Counted from the first letter of the stretch, positions 7,196 to 22,845 are shown. The stretch is 32,000 nucleotides of DNA from Sedimentisphaera cyanobacteriorum (GCF_001997385.1 NZ_CP019633.1:1080001-1112000); one strand, 5' to 3'. Notes: generated by a model from the letters alone, not told the origin. Translations and numbers: made by a program.

Positions 7196-8917
7196 TCAGC
7201 TTTTCCAAAGCTCTTTTCGAACTGTCTCAACAAGCGGAGCGATATGCTGTCTTGACATATCGAAACTAACTCCAGCGGTTTCAAACAGTTCAGGCAGAGG
7301 CCTCGACCCGCCGAGGGAGAGAGCTTTCCAGTAGTCGCTGAGCGTTTTTTCGTTGTTGCTGAGGCTGTTCTGCCATATACCGAGGGCTCCAAGCTGAGCA
7401 ATTCCGTATTCGATATAATAAAGCGGCACCTTGAAGAAGTGCAGAATTCTCTGCCACTGCCTTGCAGTGAGCTGCTCGCAGTAGGAAATATCCAGCGGAG
7501 CTGGGCGGAATCTTTTGTTCAGATCTAACCAAATGCCTGCAAGCTCATCCGGATCGGTGATTCTCTCTTCGTAGATGCGGTGCTGGAAGGCATCCACCAT
7601 CGCAACGCTGGCAAGGATTTGGAGCGTTTTTTCGAGCTGAATACATTCGGCCCTTCTGCACTCCTGCCCGCTTTGGTATATCAATGAAAGATACGGCATC
7701 ACCAGCAGTTCCATACTCATCGAAGCCACCTCGCAGAATTCCATCGGTGCATGGCGGTATTCAAATATCTGCTGGTCTCTGCAGGCGAAGGTATGGAAGG
7801 CGTGCCCGCTTTCATGGAAGATTATTCTAAGGTCATCATTTACTCCAACAAGGTTGGCAAATATAAACGGAACCCCCGCATCAAAAAGAGTTGACTGATA
7901 CCCGCCCGGAGCCTTGTTTTTCCTGCTTTCCAGATCAAACAGACCTTCCATTCGCATCATATCAAATATACCTGCAAGCCTTCCGTTTAGCTGATGGAAC
8001 ACGCTTGAGGCCTTAGAAAGGAGCTCTTCTGTATTTTCAAAGGGCTTCAGCGGAGGATTGCCGTCCGGGTCAACAGCCAGATCCCAAGGCATGAGCGTAT
8101 CAACGCCGAGACGGAGCTTTCTGTCTTCGTAAATTTCAGATAAGGCAGGTACAACCACCTTCTCAATCGCTTCGTGAAATTCTTTGCAGTTTTGCGGGGT
8201 ATAATCAAAGCGGTGCTTGTCTTGAAACACGTATTCGAGATAATTCTCAAAGCCCGCATTCTCTGCAATCCTCGAGCGAAGCTCCACCATCTCTGCAAAG
8301 AGCGATTCAAAGCTTTGCCTGTCTGTAAATCTCTTGCCCGCAGAAGCCCTCCAAGCAGATTCCCTGATGTTTCTCTCGGGCCTTAGCTGATATTTTGCCA
8401 TCTGCTGGAAAGTCTGCTTTTTCCCTTCAAACTCCACAAGCTGCGAACCTGCAAGCTTTTCGTATTTCTGAACGAGAAGAGACTCCTCAGTAAAAAGCTC
8501 AACATTCTTCTCGGTGTATATTTCCAAATCCGTCTGCAAGGCTCTGCTGAGGACTTCAGATTTCTCTTTATCCAGCGGATATTCTTTTAGGAGTTTGCTT
8601 GTCTTTTTGTCGATCTGATTGCTGAAAGCTATCACAAGCGGACGGATGGCAGTTGTGAAATGCCTGTAGAGCTTTTCCACTTCCTTATCGCTCGTATCGC
8701 AAGTGAGCTTGATATTCAGCATAGAACCGTATTGATCGATTGCGCTGAAGAGCTCTGCCTTGAAACGCAGAAACTCCCAAACCCCTTCCCTGCTCTGCAC
8801 AGGAAAATCCAAAAGCTCGTTGAAAAGTTTTTCAGTTTCTTCTCTGCTTGAAAAATCAGGGCTGTTTTCTATAAATTCCCTTTTTCGATACAAACCAAGT
8901 TTGCTGAAATCAGGCAT
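7196..8917 (-). CDS. pepF: M3B-family oligoendopeptidase F
   Basis: It carries the HESGHAFH zinc motif and the length and architecture of PepF. I prefer the ATG at 8917 (MPDFSKLG...), which avoids a 64-nt overlap with the upstream gene. The ORF-track start is 8989. Confidence 0.85.
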   Translation of the reverse strand: MPDFSKLGLYRKREFIENSPDFSSREETEKLFNELLDFPVQSREGVWEFLRFKAELFSAIDQYGSMLNIKLTCDTSDKEVEKLYRHFTTAIRPLVIAFSNQIDKKTSKLLKEYPLDKEKSEVLSRALQTDLEIYTEKNVELFTEESLLVQKYEKLAGSQLVEFEGKKQTFQQMAKYQLRPERNIRESAWRASAGKRFTDRQSFESLFAEMVELRSRIAENAGFENYLEYVFQDKHRFDYTPQNCKEFHEAIEKVVVPALSEIYEDRKLRLGVDTLMPWDLAVDPDGNPPLKPFENTEELLSKASSVFHQLNGRLAGIFDMMRMEGLFDLESRKNKAPGGYQSTLFDAGVPFIFANLVGVNDDLRIIFHESGHAFHTFACRDQQIFEYRHAPMEFCEVASMSMELLVMPYLSLIYQSGQECRRAECIQLEKTLQILASVAMVDAFQHRIYEERITDPDELAGIWLDLNKRFRPAPLDISYCEQLTARQWQRILHFFKVPLYYIEYGIAQLGALGIWQNSLSNNEKTLSDYWKALSLGGSRPLPELFETAGVSFDMSRQHIAPLVETVRKELWKS

Positions 8918-8925
8918 TTTCAAAC

Positions 8926-9903
8926 TCACTTTCCAATGGCCTTTTTCTTGTAGAATTTCGTTCCCGCAGACATATTGAACGATTTCCATGTTGTCCAGTC
9001 GTCCGAGGTTTGTTCGTTTTCGATGGCATCGTTGGCAAAATTGAGCTTAGCGTCTAAATCGTCCAGATAGCTCACCATAAGTGCTTCGAGAGTTGAAGGA
9101 ATTTTGGGCGAACCGAATTCATATTTACCGTGATGGGATACGAGGATGTGCATGAGGTTGTCAACGATTTCCTTATTAGGCTCAATGCCCTTCTCAAGCA
9201 GGACATCTGTTTTCTGATCGAGCCATATTGCAGACTGCACAATATGGCCTACAAGCTGGCCGGTGTTTGTATAGCCGAATCCGAGGGCGTATCTGAGCTC
9301 CTCTGTTTTGGCTAAGTCGTGCAGGAAAATCCCCGCCACTACCAGCTCGCCCTGCACCTGCGGATAATACGGAAGAATCCCTACTGCCGCTTTGAGCATA
9401 TTATTCGTATGCTCCAGCAAACCTCCCAGATAGGCGTGATGCATTTTTACAGCGGCCGGTGCCTTGCGGAAATTCTCCATCAGCTGCTCGTCTGCGAGAT
9501 ACTCATCCATCAAAGCCTTCAGATACGGGTCTTTTATCCTTGAAAGAATCTCACATATCTCGCTGTACATCTTGTCAATGTCTTTATCAGTAGCAGGCAG
9601 GAAATCTGCCACATTCACCTCGGAAGTGTCGATCACCTCTACTCTGTTTACGACAATCTGGAGCGAGTCCTTGTAAAGCTCTGTTTTTCCGTTTACTCTA
9701 ATAAATCCTTCTTTGGGCAGGCTTTGGTATGTCTCTTCGGAGGCATTCCACATCCTGCAGTTTACCTTGCCGGTTTTATCGGAGAGAAACATCGCTATGT
9801 ACAAATCACCTCTTGATGTATTCCTAAGCACCGGCTGGGTAACCATAAATATATCATTCAGGGTTCGGCCTGGTTTAAGTTCGTTTATAAACTCGTGGGG
9901 CAT
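8926..9903 (-). CDS. YhaM-family 3'-5' exoribonuclease (OB fold plus HD domain)
   Basis: An N-terminal OB-fold region is followed by HD-domain blocks HHAYLGGLLEH, FLHDLAK, LVSHHGKYEFGSPKIP and YLDDLDAKL. These are collinear with my recollection of B. subtilis YhaM. Confidence 0.8.
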   Translation of the reverse strand: MPHEFINELKPGRTLNDIFMVTQPVLRNTSRGDLYIAMFLSDKTGKVNCRMWNASEETYQSLPKEGFIRVNGKTELYKDSLQIVVNRVEVIDTSEVNVADFLPATDKDIDKMYSEICEILSRIKDPYLKALMDEYLADEQLMENFRKAPAAVKMHHAYLGGLLEHTNNMLKAAVGILPYYPQVQGELVVAGIFLHDLAKTEELRYALGFGYTNTGQLVGHIVQSAIWLDQKTDVLLEKGIEPNKEIVDNLMHILVSHHGKYEFGSPKIPSTLEALMVSYLDDLDAKLNFANDAIENEQTSDDWTTWKSFNMSAGTKFYKKKAIGK

Positions 9904-9907
9904 TTAA

Positions 9908-12181
9908 TTATATTCCTTTCTCAAGCATTTTTTCTATTTCGCTTGCCCTTGATTTGCTCAAAACTTCTTCTGCAAAACTTCTGCATTTTTCGCTGTCGAG
10001 CTGTACTATCCGGCGTTTGAGCTGTGGCAGCGAGGCCGGCGTAACGCTCATATCGGTAAGCCCGATACCCACAAGAAACGCAGTTAGGCTTGGGTCTGCG
10101 GCCATCATACCGCAAATGCTCACAGGCTTATCCGCCCTGCGGCAGGCATCAATAATCCGCTTCAAAGCCCTCAGAACTGATGGATGATGCGGGATGTAGA
10201 AATTTTCAACCATCTCGTTTGTCCTGTCCACTCCAAGCATAAACTGCACAAAATCATTTGTGCCGATGGAGAAGAAATCCGCCTCTTGAGCAAATTCATC
10301 AATCTGCTCAACAACGCTGGGAAGCTCAACCATAATCCCAACTTTCGGATTTGTATTATGCACAAGCCCCTCTTGCTCCAATTTCTGCCGGCATTCATTT
10401 ACAATACTGCGGGACATATCAAACTCATCCAGAGAGCTTATCATCGGGAACATAATCCCAACATCAGCATTCGCCCCTGCACGAAGGATAGCCCTGATCT
10501 GCTGAATAAATATATCCTTTTCTCTGAGAGAAAATCTTATGCTTCTAAGCCCTATAGCAGGATTTTTCTCCGCTGCGTCGTGGTAGTAGGAGAGCATCTT
10601 ATCGCCTCCGACATCCAGCGTTCTGAAGGTTACCCGCCTGCCCTTCATCTGATCAACGAGCTTTTTGTAAACTACAAACTGTTCCTGCTCTGTGGGAAAA
10701 CTGCTGCGGACTATAAACGGGAATTCAGTTCTGTAAAGGCCTACCCCTTCGCAGTTCATCTTTGCCGCAAGCTTAACGTCACTGAGCAGGTTTATATTTG
10801 CATAGAGGCTGATCCTCTTGCCGTCGAGGGTTTCCGTTCCGCGTGCGAGGTCTATTTTGCCCTCTTCTACAGCCTTTCTCGTTGAGATGCTCTTATCAAA
10901 TTCGTCAAGGATTTCTTTCTCGGGATTTATGTACAGATTCCCAGCATCAGCATCAAGCAGGATATCCGTCCCGTCCGGCAGCTCAGTAAGCTCGGAACGA
11001 TTTGCGATTACCACAGGCATACCCAGCGAGTTTGCAAGGATGGAAAGATGGCTTGTTACCCCTCCGCTAACCAGAACCACGCCGGCTGCATTCTCTCCGC
11101 TCAAACGCAGAAGATCAGAGGGGAAAAGATCCCTCGCTATAACGATCCGCCCGCTGAGATTGCTCTCATACTCCGAATCACTGAGCATATTGTCAATGAT
11201 TCGAAGGGCTATATCCTCCACATCATTTGCCTTTTCACGAATGAAGATGTTTTCTGAACCGGAAAAAATATCGATATAGCTTTTTGATACCTCTATAACT
11301 GCATCTGGCGCATTTTTGCCATCCTCATTGATAAGCTTTTCTACTTTTTTTATAAAGGTCTTGTCCTTCAGGATTAAAAGATGCGAGGAAAAAATCAGAG
11401 AGGCCGCATCATCAAGCCTGTCCTCAACCTTTTTCTGAAGCGTTTCGAGCTGCTGACTCGTTGCTTCAATAGCCTGACGGAAAGCATCAGCAGTTAAATG
11501 GTTTGGATAGTCTTTATTTTTGAGGCTCTTAAAGCTTCTTTTCTTGTCGATAAGCTTAGATTTTGATCTGGCAAACCCCTTCGATGCAGATTTGCCCTTT
11601 ATGAAATGCTGCTTACCCGAATCTTCAAGCCTCGGGGAGGTCTCTACAGAATTCAGATTGCTGCCTGAACCGCTGTCCATTGCCATGAGAAAACGGGCAT
11701 TTTCGATCATATTGCCAATCTGCGATGCAACAGCAGTGCAGGCAATCTGATCTGCCTCATCAAATATGCAGTCGGGCTTTCTCTGGAGCGTTAAAACACC
11801 AATCCGCTCTATGCCCCTAAGCACGGGAACTGCGAGAAAGCACTCGAAAAGCTCTTCGTTTATCCCCTCAAATGAGCGGAAATCGGGATGCTCTGAGGCC
11901 TTTGATACGTTGATAAGCTCCTTGAGCTTAAGAGCCTTTCCAGCAATCCCTTCGCCCAGTGAGAGTTTTACTGAGTTTATCGAGCTCTCCTTGAGCCCTA
12001 CTGTTGCTTTGAGAGTAAGAACCTTTTCCGCATCATCGTAGAGGTAAATTGAGCATACGTCAGTCTGAAGGTGCTTCTGTACGAGACTGACAATCCTCTG
12101 AAGGAAATTCTGCACACTCACGCTGTCCCTGAACAGGTGGTTTAATTCGCCTATATCGCACAGAAGCTTTTTGTGATGCAT
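9908..12181 (-). CDS. ptsP: GAF-domain phosphoenolpyruvate-protein phosphotransferase (EI-Ntr type)
   Basis: An N-terminal GAF-like region is followed by PEP-utilizing enzyme blocks GGVTSHLSILANSLGMPVV (phospho-His), GLYRTEF, FFSIGTNDFVQF and CGMMAADP. Confidence 0.85.
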   Translation of the reverse strand: MHHKKLLCDIGELNHLFRDSVSVQNFLQRIVSLVQKHLQTDVCSIYLYDDAEKVLTLKATVGLKESSINSVKLSLGEGIAGKALKLKELINVSKASEHPDFRSFEGINEELFECFLAVPVLRGIERIGVLTLQRKPDCIFDEADQIACTAVASQIGNMIENARFLMAMDSGSGSNLNSVETSPRLEDSGKQHFIKGKSASKGFARSKSKLIDKKRSFKSLKNKDYPNHLTADAFRQAIEATSQQLETLQKKVEDRLDDAASLIFSSHLLILKDKTFIKKVEKLINEDGKNAPDAVIEVSKSYIDIFSGSENIFIREKANDVEDIALRIIDNMLSDSEYESNLSGRIVIARDLFPSDLLRLSGENAAGVVLVSGGVTSHLSILANSLGMPVVIANRSELTELPDGTDILLDADAGNLYINPEKEILDEFDKSISTRKAVEEGKIDLARGTETLDGKRISLYANINLLSDVKLAAKMNCEGVGLYRTEFPFIVRSSFPTEQEQFVVYKKLVDQMKGRRVTFRTLDVGGDKMLSYYHDAAEKNPAIGLRSIRFSLREKDIFIQQIRAILRAGANADVGIMFPMISSLDEFDMSRSIVNECRQKLEQEGLVHNTNPKVGIMVELPSVVEQIDEFAQEADFFSIGTNDFVQFMLGVDRTNEMVENFYIPHHPSVLRALKRIIDACRRADKPVSICGMMAADPSLTAFLVGIGLTDMSVTPASLPQLKRRIVQLDSEKCRSFAEEVLSKSRASEIEKMLEKGI

Positions 12182-12246
12182 TGAAATACCCTGCCTTAAG
12201 CAGCAGAAGCTGCCAAGATAAAAAATGATTAAATAATATTTATACG

Positions 12247-12280
12247 AAAAGCCCCGAGATTATACTCCCAGAGGCTTTTT
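12247..12280 (-). terminator. Terminator-like hairpin downstream of GH2 gene A
   Basis: Minus-sense RNA: AAAAGCCUC-ugg-GAG uauaau CUC-GGGGCUUUU, then UCGUAUA. Pairing is better in the minus sense, where one position is a U:G wobble instead of a C:A mismatch. Confidence 0.45.
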
Positions 12281-12287
12281 GGTGCAA
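12259..12287 (-). promoter_or_regulatory. Candidate sigma70-type promoter for ptsP (TTGCAC-N17-TATAAT), overlapping the hairpin above
   Basis: Minus strand: -35 at 12287..12282 and -10 at 12264..12259. The -10 forms the hairpin loop. The site is about 80 nt upstream of the ptsP ATG. Confidence 0.45.
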
Positions 12288-12336
12288 TAGTAATCCTGTT
12301 TTCGGTGCCGTTGAAAAGCTTTGGAAATCAGTCCAA

Positions 12337-15554
<3,218 letters not shown>

Positions 15555-15562
15555 AAAGCTGC

Positions 15563-18846
<3,284 letters not shown>

Positions 18847-18916
18847 TTAAGGGGATTAACGAACAGCTGCCTGTCAGGTGATGGAAGAAATAAAAGTGGC
18901 AGGTCTTTTTTATAGT

Positions 18917-18944
18917 TTGACATATCCCTGCGGCAGGATAAAAT
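18917..18944 (+). promoter_or_regulatory. Candidate sigma70-type promoter for the S8-like gene (TTGACA-N16-TAAAAT)
   Basis: TTGACA lies at 18917..18922 and TAAAAT at 18939..18944, 36 nt upstream of the ATG at 18980. Confidence 0.5.
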
Positions 18945-18979
18945 TAAGCTTTATGAATCTTTAATTGAATTCGGCATAA

Positions 18980-20578
18980 ATGCTCAGAATATTCTGTTAT
19001 ACAATTTTAACCGCTGCAGTCTCCGCAGCGGCATTAGGAAATATTGAGCCTCGTTCATACAGACTGATGGGCTTTGAGACAGCCCTCTCGGCTGAGAATG
19101 TAAGGATGCTCCTTGTTGGCAGGTGCGCAGATATAAGCAGCGGGCAGTCAAAGGACGATTTTATCCCTAATACCACGCTTGATATATTCAGCGAATCAAA
19201 CTTAAGCTGGTCTGACAAAATAGAGCCTACCGGCTTTTCAGAGCATATGAATTCAATATGCTCATTGGTCGCCGGCGGGGGCAGCTTCTTAGAAAACGGG
19301 GAGTTCATAGAATACAACGCCCCGCTGAGCAGCACATCAATTTTCATACAAAAATACTGGGATTTTCTCGCGGAGAATGTGGTAGAGCAGAGAATGAAAA
19401 ACCCGCCGGAGGTTCTTAGCATAAGCTTTGGAACTACAGTGGAGAACTGGTGGACCAAGGGAGCTGAAAGACTTCTGCAAAAATACGATATTGCGGGATT
19501 TGCAAGCATCGGCAACGGGGAAAAAATGGGCAGCAACTGCCTGTATCCAGCCGCATCACAAAATTTCATCGGCGTGGGCACTGCGTCTGCGAAAAATTTC
19601 CCCAACTTTGATTCGAATCTGCTGGGCAAGGCAGAAAACTGCTCCTACAGCAGTGATGAGCGGATAGTTAAGCCGGATTTCGTTGCCCCGGGCAATTTCC
19701 TTGTTTCCGATCTGGAAGGCGAATTTGTTAATACTGGCAGTTATTCGAGCTTTGCCGCACCAGCGGCAGCCTCAGCAGCGTGCATTCTGCTCAGCGAGAT
19801 GGATGATTTTGAATACGAAGGGCTAAATGGCAATAAAAGCAGCCTCGTGCGTGCATTGCTTACGGATACTGCCATAAAGGGAGCTTACTGGCATAAAGGC
19901 AAATGGGAAACAGCCGATGACAGCACCGCTGTCTTCGACTGGCAGCAGGGAGCCGGGATGATAGATCTCTCTGGAAGTCAGTCAAGGCTCAGTGCAGGAT
20001 TAAACCGTCCTGGAAAGGTGTCCTCAGCTGGATGGGATGCCGGAAAAATCTCTGGCAGAAGGGAAAAGCTCTACACATTTAAGCCCGAAAGAGAAAACGG
20101 GTATATCTCAGGGAGCCTTTGCTGGAAGAGGTTTTTCAATAAAGACTTCCCATTTGATCCTAACGAGACTCGCAACGTTAACCTGAAGCTTGAGCTGTGG
20201 GGAATAAAACACGACGGGGAAAAGGTTTTGGCAGCACACAGCGACAGCAAACATTCAAACGTGGAGCATATTTTCCACCCCGTAAGCGGAAATTACAAAT
20301 CCTATCAGTTTGCCGTAGTTTTCAGCGACGAGGAATCAGTTAAATCTGCGGATAAGAAGGTGAAATTCGCCTTTAGCTGGGGGGAACGGAAAGTGCCTGC
20401 AAACTGGAAGGGCTGGCTGGATGTCAATTCAGACGGTCTGCTTGATTTCAGCGATGTGGAGCTGATGCTCTCGGCCTTAAGCAGCGAGGAAGGCGGGCTC
20501 GATCTCAACAACGACGGCAGCGGGAATCTAATAGATATTATGCCCGCTATGGCAGAGATAATGAAGAAATATGAATAG
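18980..20578 (+). CDS. Secreted subtilase-like (S8-fold) protein with C-terminal dockerin-like repeats
   Basis: It has a signal peptide. S8-like blocks occur in canonical order: SEHMNSICSLVAGGG (His?), VLSISFG, FASIGNGE (Asn), YPAASQNFIGVG, DFVAPG and GSYSSFAAPAAASAACILL (Ser). The Asp assignment (CADISSG) is uncertain. The C-terminus DVNSDGLLDFSDVELML...DLNNDGSGNLIDIMPAM (20420..20575) resembles two dockerin / EF-hand Ca-binding repeats. Confidence 0.55.
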   Translation: MLRIFCYTILTAAVSAAALGNIEPRSYRLMGFETALSAENVRMLLVGRCADISSGQSKDDFIPNTTLDIFSESNLSWSDKIEPTGFSEHMNSICSLVAGGGSFLENGEFIEYNAPLSSTSIFIQKYWDFLAENVVEQRMKNPPEVLSISFGTTVENWWTKGAERLLQKYDIAGFASIGNGEKMGSNCLYPAASQNFIGVGTASAKNFPNFDSNLLGKAENCSYSSDERIVKPDFVAPGNFLVSDLEGEFVNTGSYSSFAAPAAASAACILLSEMDDFEYEGLNGNKSSLVRALLTDTAIKGAYWHKGKWETADDSTAVFDWQQGAGMIDLSGSQSRLSAGLNRPGKVSSAGWDAGKISGRREKLYTFKPERENGYISGSLCWKRFFNKDFPFDPNETRNVNLKLELWGIKHDGEKVLAAHSDSKHSNVEHIFHPVSGNYKSYQFAVVFSDEESVKSADKKVKFAFSWGERKVPANWKGWLDVNSDGLLDFSDVELMLSALSSEEGGLDLNNDGSGNLIDIMPAMAEIMKKYE

Positions 20579-20596
20579 TTCTGCGGAGCAGTAATC

Positions 20597-22012
20597 TTGA
20601 AGAAAACCCCCTTAGCAGCATTTGCAGGTGCGATAGAATGGATAGTAGTGGCCTTGGTATTTGCCCTTATTTTCCGAGGGTTCGTGGTGGAGGCGTTCAA
20701 AATTCCTACCGGCAGTATGGCCCCAACCCTCCGCGGCGACCACTTCCACCTTACCTGCCATCAATGCGGAAAGCAGTTTGATGTTGGCTTTCAGGCCGGC
20801 AGAAACAGAAATCCCAATATAGCAAAATTCACTAAATGCCCTGTATGCGGCTATCTGCAGCGAGTTGGAGCCCCAAAAACAGGCGGCGACAGAATCCTTG
20901 TTCTCAAAAGCATTTATCAGTTCCGTGAGCCTGAAAGATGGGATGTGTTTGTGTTCAAAAATCCCACCGAACCGAATATCAACTACATCAAACGGCTTGT
21001 CGGACTGCCCGGGGAAACTATACACATCTACGACGGCGATCTTTTTATTGACGGGGAAATAGCGCGAAAGCCGGAAAAGATTCTCGAAGAGATGTGGATG
21101 CCGGTTTACAGCAACGACTATCTGCCTTCAAGGCCTCAGGAACCGAGATTCAGCAAAGACGGGGATACTTGGGAAAGACCATTCACAGAAGAAGGTGGAA
21201 GCTGGGGTTATTCTCAGGAAGGAAGGGAAATATCCTGCTCCAGTAAAGGTATATCTCAGCTCAAATATGATTCTCAAACAGGCAACGGTTTCGGTGCATA
21301 TTACGCTTACAATGCATCACCGGCATACCCGGGAGAAATATGCAGCGACTTAAAAATGGAATATCAGGTTCTCTTGAACGATGACACAGTCAAAATTGGA
21401 GCGAGCATAAATAAGTATGGTCGAGTTTACAGGGGTCTGGCAGATTTTGAGAAGAACAAGATGTTCCTGATTAAGAGCTATAACGGCAAGGAGCAGGTTC
21501 TTGCAAGCAAAGATATTCCTGAGCTCAAAGCCAAAAAATCTTTGCCGCTGAGCTTTAACAATGCAGACTACCGCCTTAGTTTCAGTTTAGGCGAATGCAG
21601 CCTGGAATATGTACTGGGCAGCAAAATAGGAGATATAGGCAAGCCCGGAGACAGCAGAAAGCCGCAAATATCTCTGCTTTGCTCTGGCCAGGCAGAATTC
21701 AGGCATATAAGTATTTGGCGGGATATGCATTACATCACCTACGGGGTAAAACGCGGGGATGAACCCTTCGAGCTTGGAGAGGATGAATTCTTCGCTTGCG
21801 GAGACAACAGCCCGAGCAGCGCTGATTCAAGGCTGTGGGATATTGAAGGCATAGGCAACAACGGAGACAAATTCCCTGTGGGCGTTGTGCCGAGGGAGTA
21901 TGTTTCAGGCCGGGCATTTATGGTTTACTGGCCCGGGAGCCTGAAGTTTAAGCCGGACGGTAAAATGCCGATACCTAACGTAGGCCAGATGCGGCTTATC
22001 TACGGCGGGTAA
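20597..22012 (+). CDS. lepB: Signal peptidase I (S26A), long form with a Cys4 insertion
   Basis: An N-terminal TM segment is followed by box B GSMAPTL (Ser40), box D YIKRLVGLPGE (Lys132) and box E GDNSPSSADSR. It has a TTG start with GGAG 8 nt upstream. Confidence 0.85.
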   Translation: MKKTPLAAFAGAIEWIVVALVFALIFRGFVVEAFKIPTGSMAPTLRGDHFHLTCHQCGKQFDVGFQAGRNRNPNIAKFTKCPVCGYLQRVGAPKTGGDRILVLKSIYQFREPERWDVFVFKNPTEPNINYIKRLVGLPGETIHIYDGDLFIDGEIARKPEKILEEMWMPVYSNDYLPSRPQEPRFSKDGDTWERPFTEEGGSWGYSQEGREISCSSKGISQLKYDSQTGNGFGAYYAYNASPAYPGEICSDLKMEYQVLLNDDTVKIGASINKYGRVYRGLADFEKNKMFLIKSYNGKEQVLASKDIPELKAKKSLPLSFNNADYRLSFSLGECSLEYVLGSKIGDIGKPGDSRKPQISLLCSGQAEFRHISIWRDMHYITYGVKRGDEPFELGEDEFFACGDNSPSSADSRLWDIEGIGNNGDKFPVGVVPREYVSGRAFMVYWPGSLKFKPDGKMPIPNVGQMRLIYGG

Positions 22013-22033
22013 TCAGGGAGGAGAAAAGAGAAA

Positions 22034-22795
22034 TTGCAGGATTTTCTGGAAGATTTATGCTTTGGAGCGGGAAGGATTACCCTCAAAGCAAGACAAAGCC
22101 TCTCAGGCCTCAAAATAAACGCCAAAAGAGACAAGGACTACGTTACTGAAACTGATGTGGCAGTTGAGGAGTATATCACCAGAAGAATAGCCTCAGAGTT
22201 TCCCGAACACAGCATACTCGGTGAGGAAAAAGGGCTTACAAAAGGCTCAGCCGAACGCTGGATAATCGATCCGATAGACGGAACAAACAGCTTTATGCAC
22301 GGTCTGCCTTTCTACTGCATATCAGTTGCATTTGAACGGGAAGGAAAAGTTCAGCTCGGCGGTGTTTATGCGCCTGTTCTGGATGAATTTTTTATCGGGA
22401 TAAAAGCCTGCGGGGCATTTCTCAACGATAAGAAGATTTCCGTTTCCTCTACAAAAGATATTGGGATGTCTATGGCGGTAACGGGATTTGCCTGCCTTAG
22501 AGAAGGGAAAACCGATTACGGACTTAAGCTCTTCAACAATGTTGTCCCGAATGTGCGGGATATAAGAAGGCACGGCTCAGCCGCAATGGACACCTGCTAT
22601 CTTGCAGCAGGCAGATTCGATTTTTACTGGGAAAACTTTCTGAACATCTACGATCTTGCAGCAGCAAAGCTTATACTGGAAGAGGCTGGGGGGATGCTGA
22701 CAGATTTTTCAGGAACTGAAGTAAAACTTTATTCAGAAGCTGCGGCTTCCAACAGTTATCTTCACAGCAAAATCCTTGAACTTTTGAATAAATAA
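22034..22795 (+). CDS. suhB: Inositol monophosphatase family protein (SuhB-like)
   Basis: LGEE, WIIDPIDGTNSF and GSAAMDTCYLAAGRFD are the IMPase signature blocks. It has a TTG start. Confidence 0.8.
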   Translation: MQDFLEDLCFGAGRITLKARQSLSGLKINAKRDKDYVTETDVAVEEYITRRIASEFPEHSILGEEKGLTKGSAERWIIDPIDGTNSFMHGLPFYCISVAFEREGKVQLGGVYAPVLDEFFIGIKACGAFLNDKKISVSSTKDIGMSMAVTGFACLREGKTDYGLKLFNNVVPNVRDIRRHGSAAMDTCYLAAGRFDFYWENFLNIYDLAAAKLILEEAGGMLTDFSGTEVKLYSEAAASNSYLHSKILELLNK

Positions 22796-22845
22796 ATTGC
22801 ATCGTACTGAAAGCAGGCAGTTCCTGATGTTTATTCATGCGCATT

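Noticed and set aside
7196-8989. Longest-ORF N-terminal extensions: pepF to 8989, argB to 28537, lipoprotein to 31640, kinase to 3832, panD from 4912
   Set aside because: In each case an internal ATG or GTG with a better-spaced Shine-Dalgarno gives an N-terminus that matches the family or exposes the signal peptide. It also removes an overlap with a neighbouring gene or terminator. These remain alternatives, not exclusions.
10184-10885. A 233-aa plus-strand ORF inside ptsP, together with 10818..11279, 11048..11257 and 11766..12041
   Set aside because: These lie antisense to a well-supported ptsP CDS. They have low-complexity, Ser/Leu/Ile/Cys-rich translations with no recognisable motifs, which is typical of shadow ORFs.
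18847-18916. A plus-strand terminator-like motif, CTGCC-N26-GGCAG followed by gtcTTTTTT, upstream of the S8-like promoter
   Set aside because: It has only a 5-bp stem with a 26-nt loop, and no plus-strand transcript arrives from upstream. The support is insufficient.
18997-19629. A 210-aa minus-strand ORF opposite the S8-like gene
   Set aside because: This is a shadow ORF. It has no RBS or signal features, and the opposite frame carries the ordered S8 motif blocks and a signal peptide.
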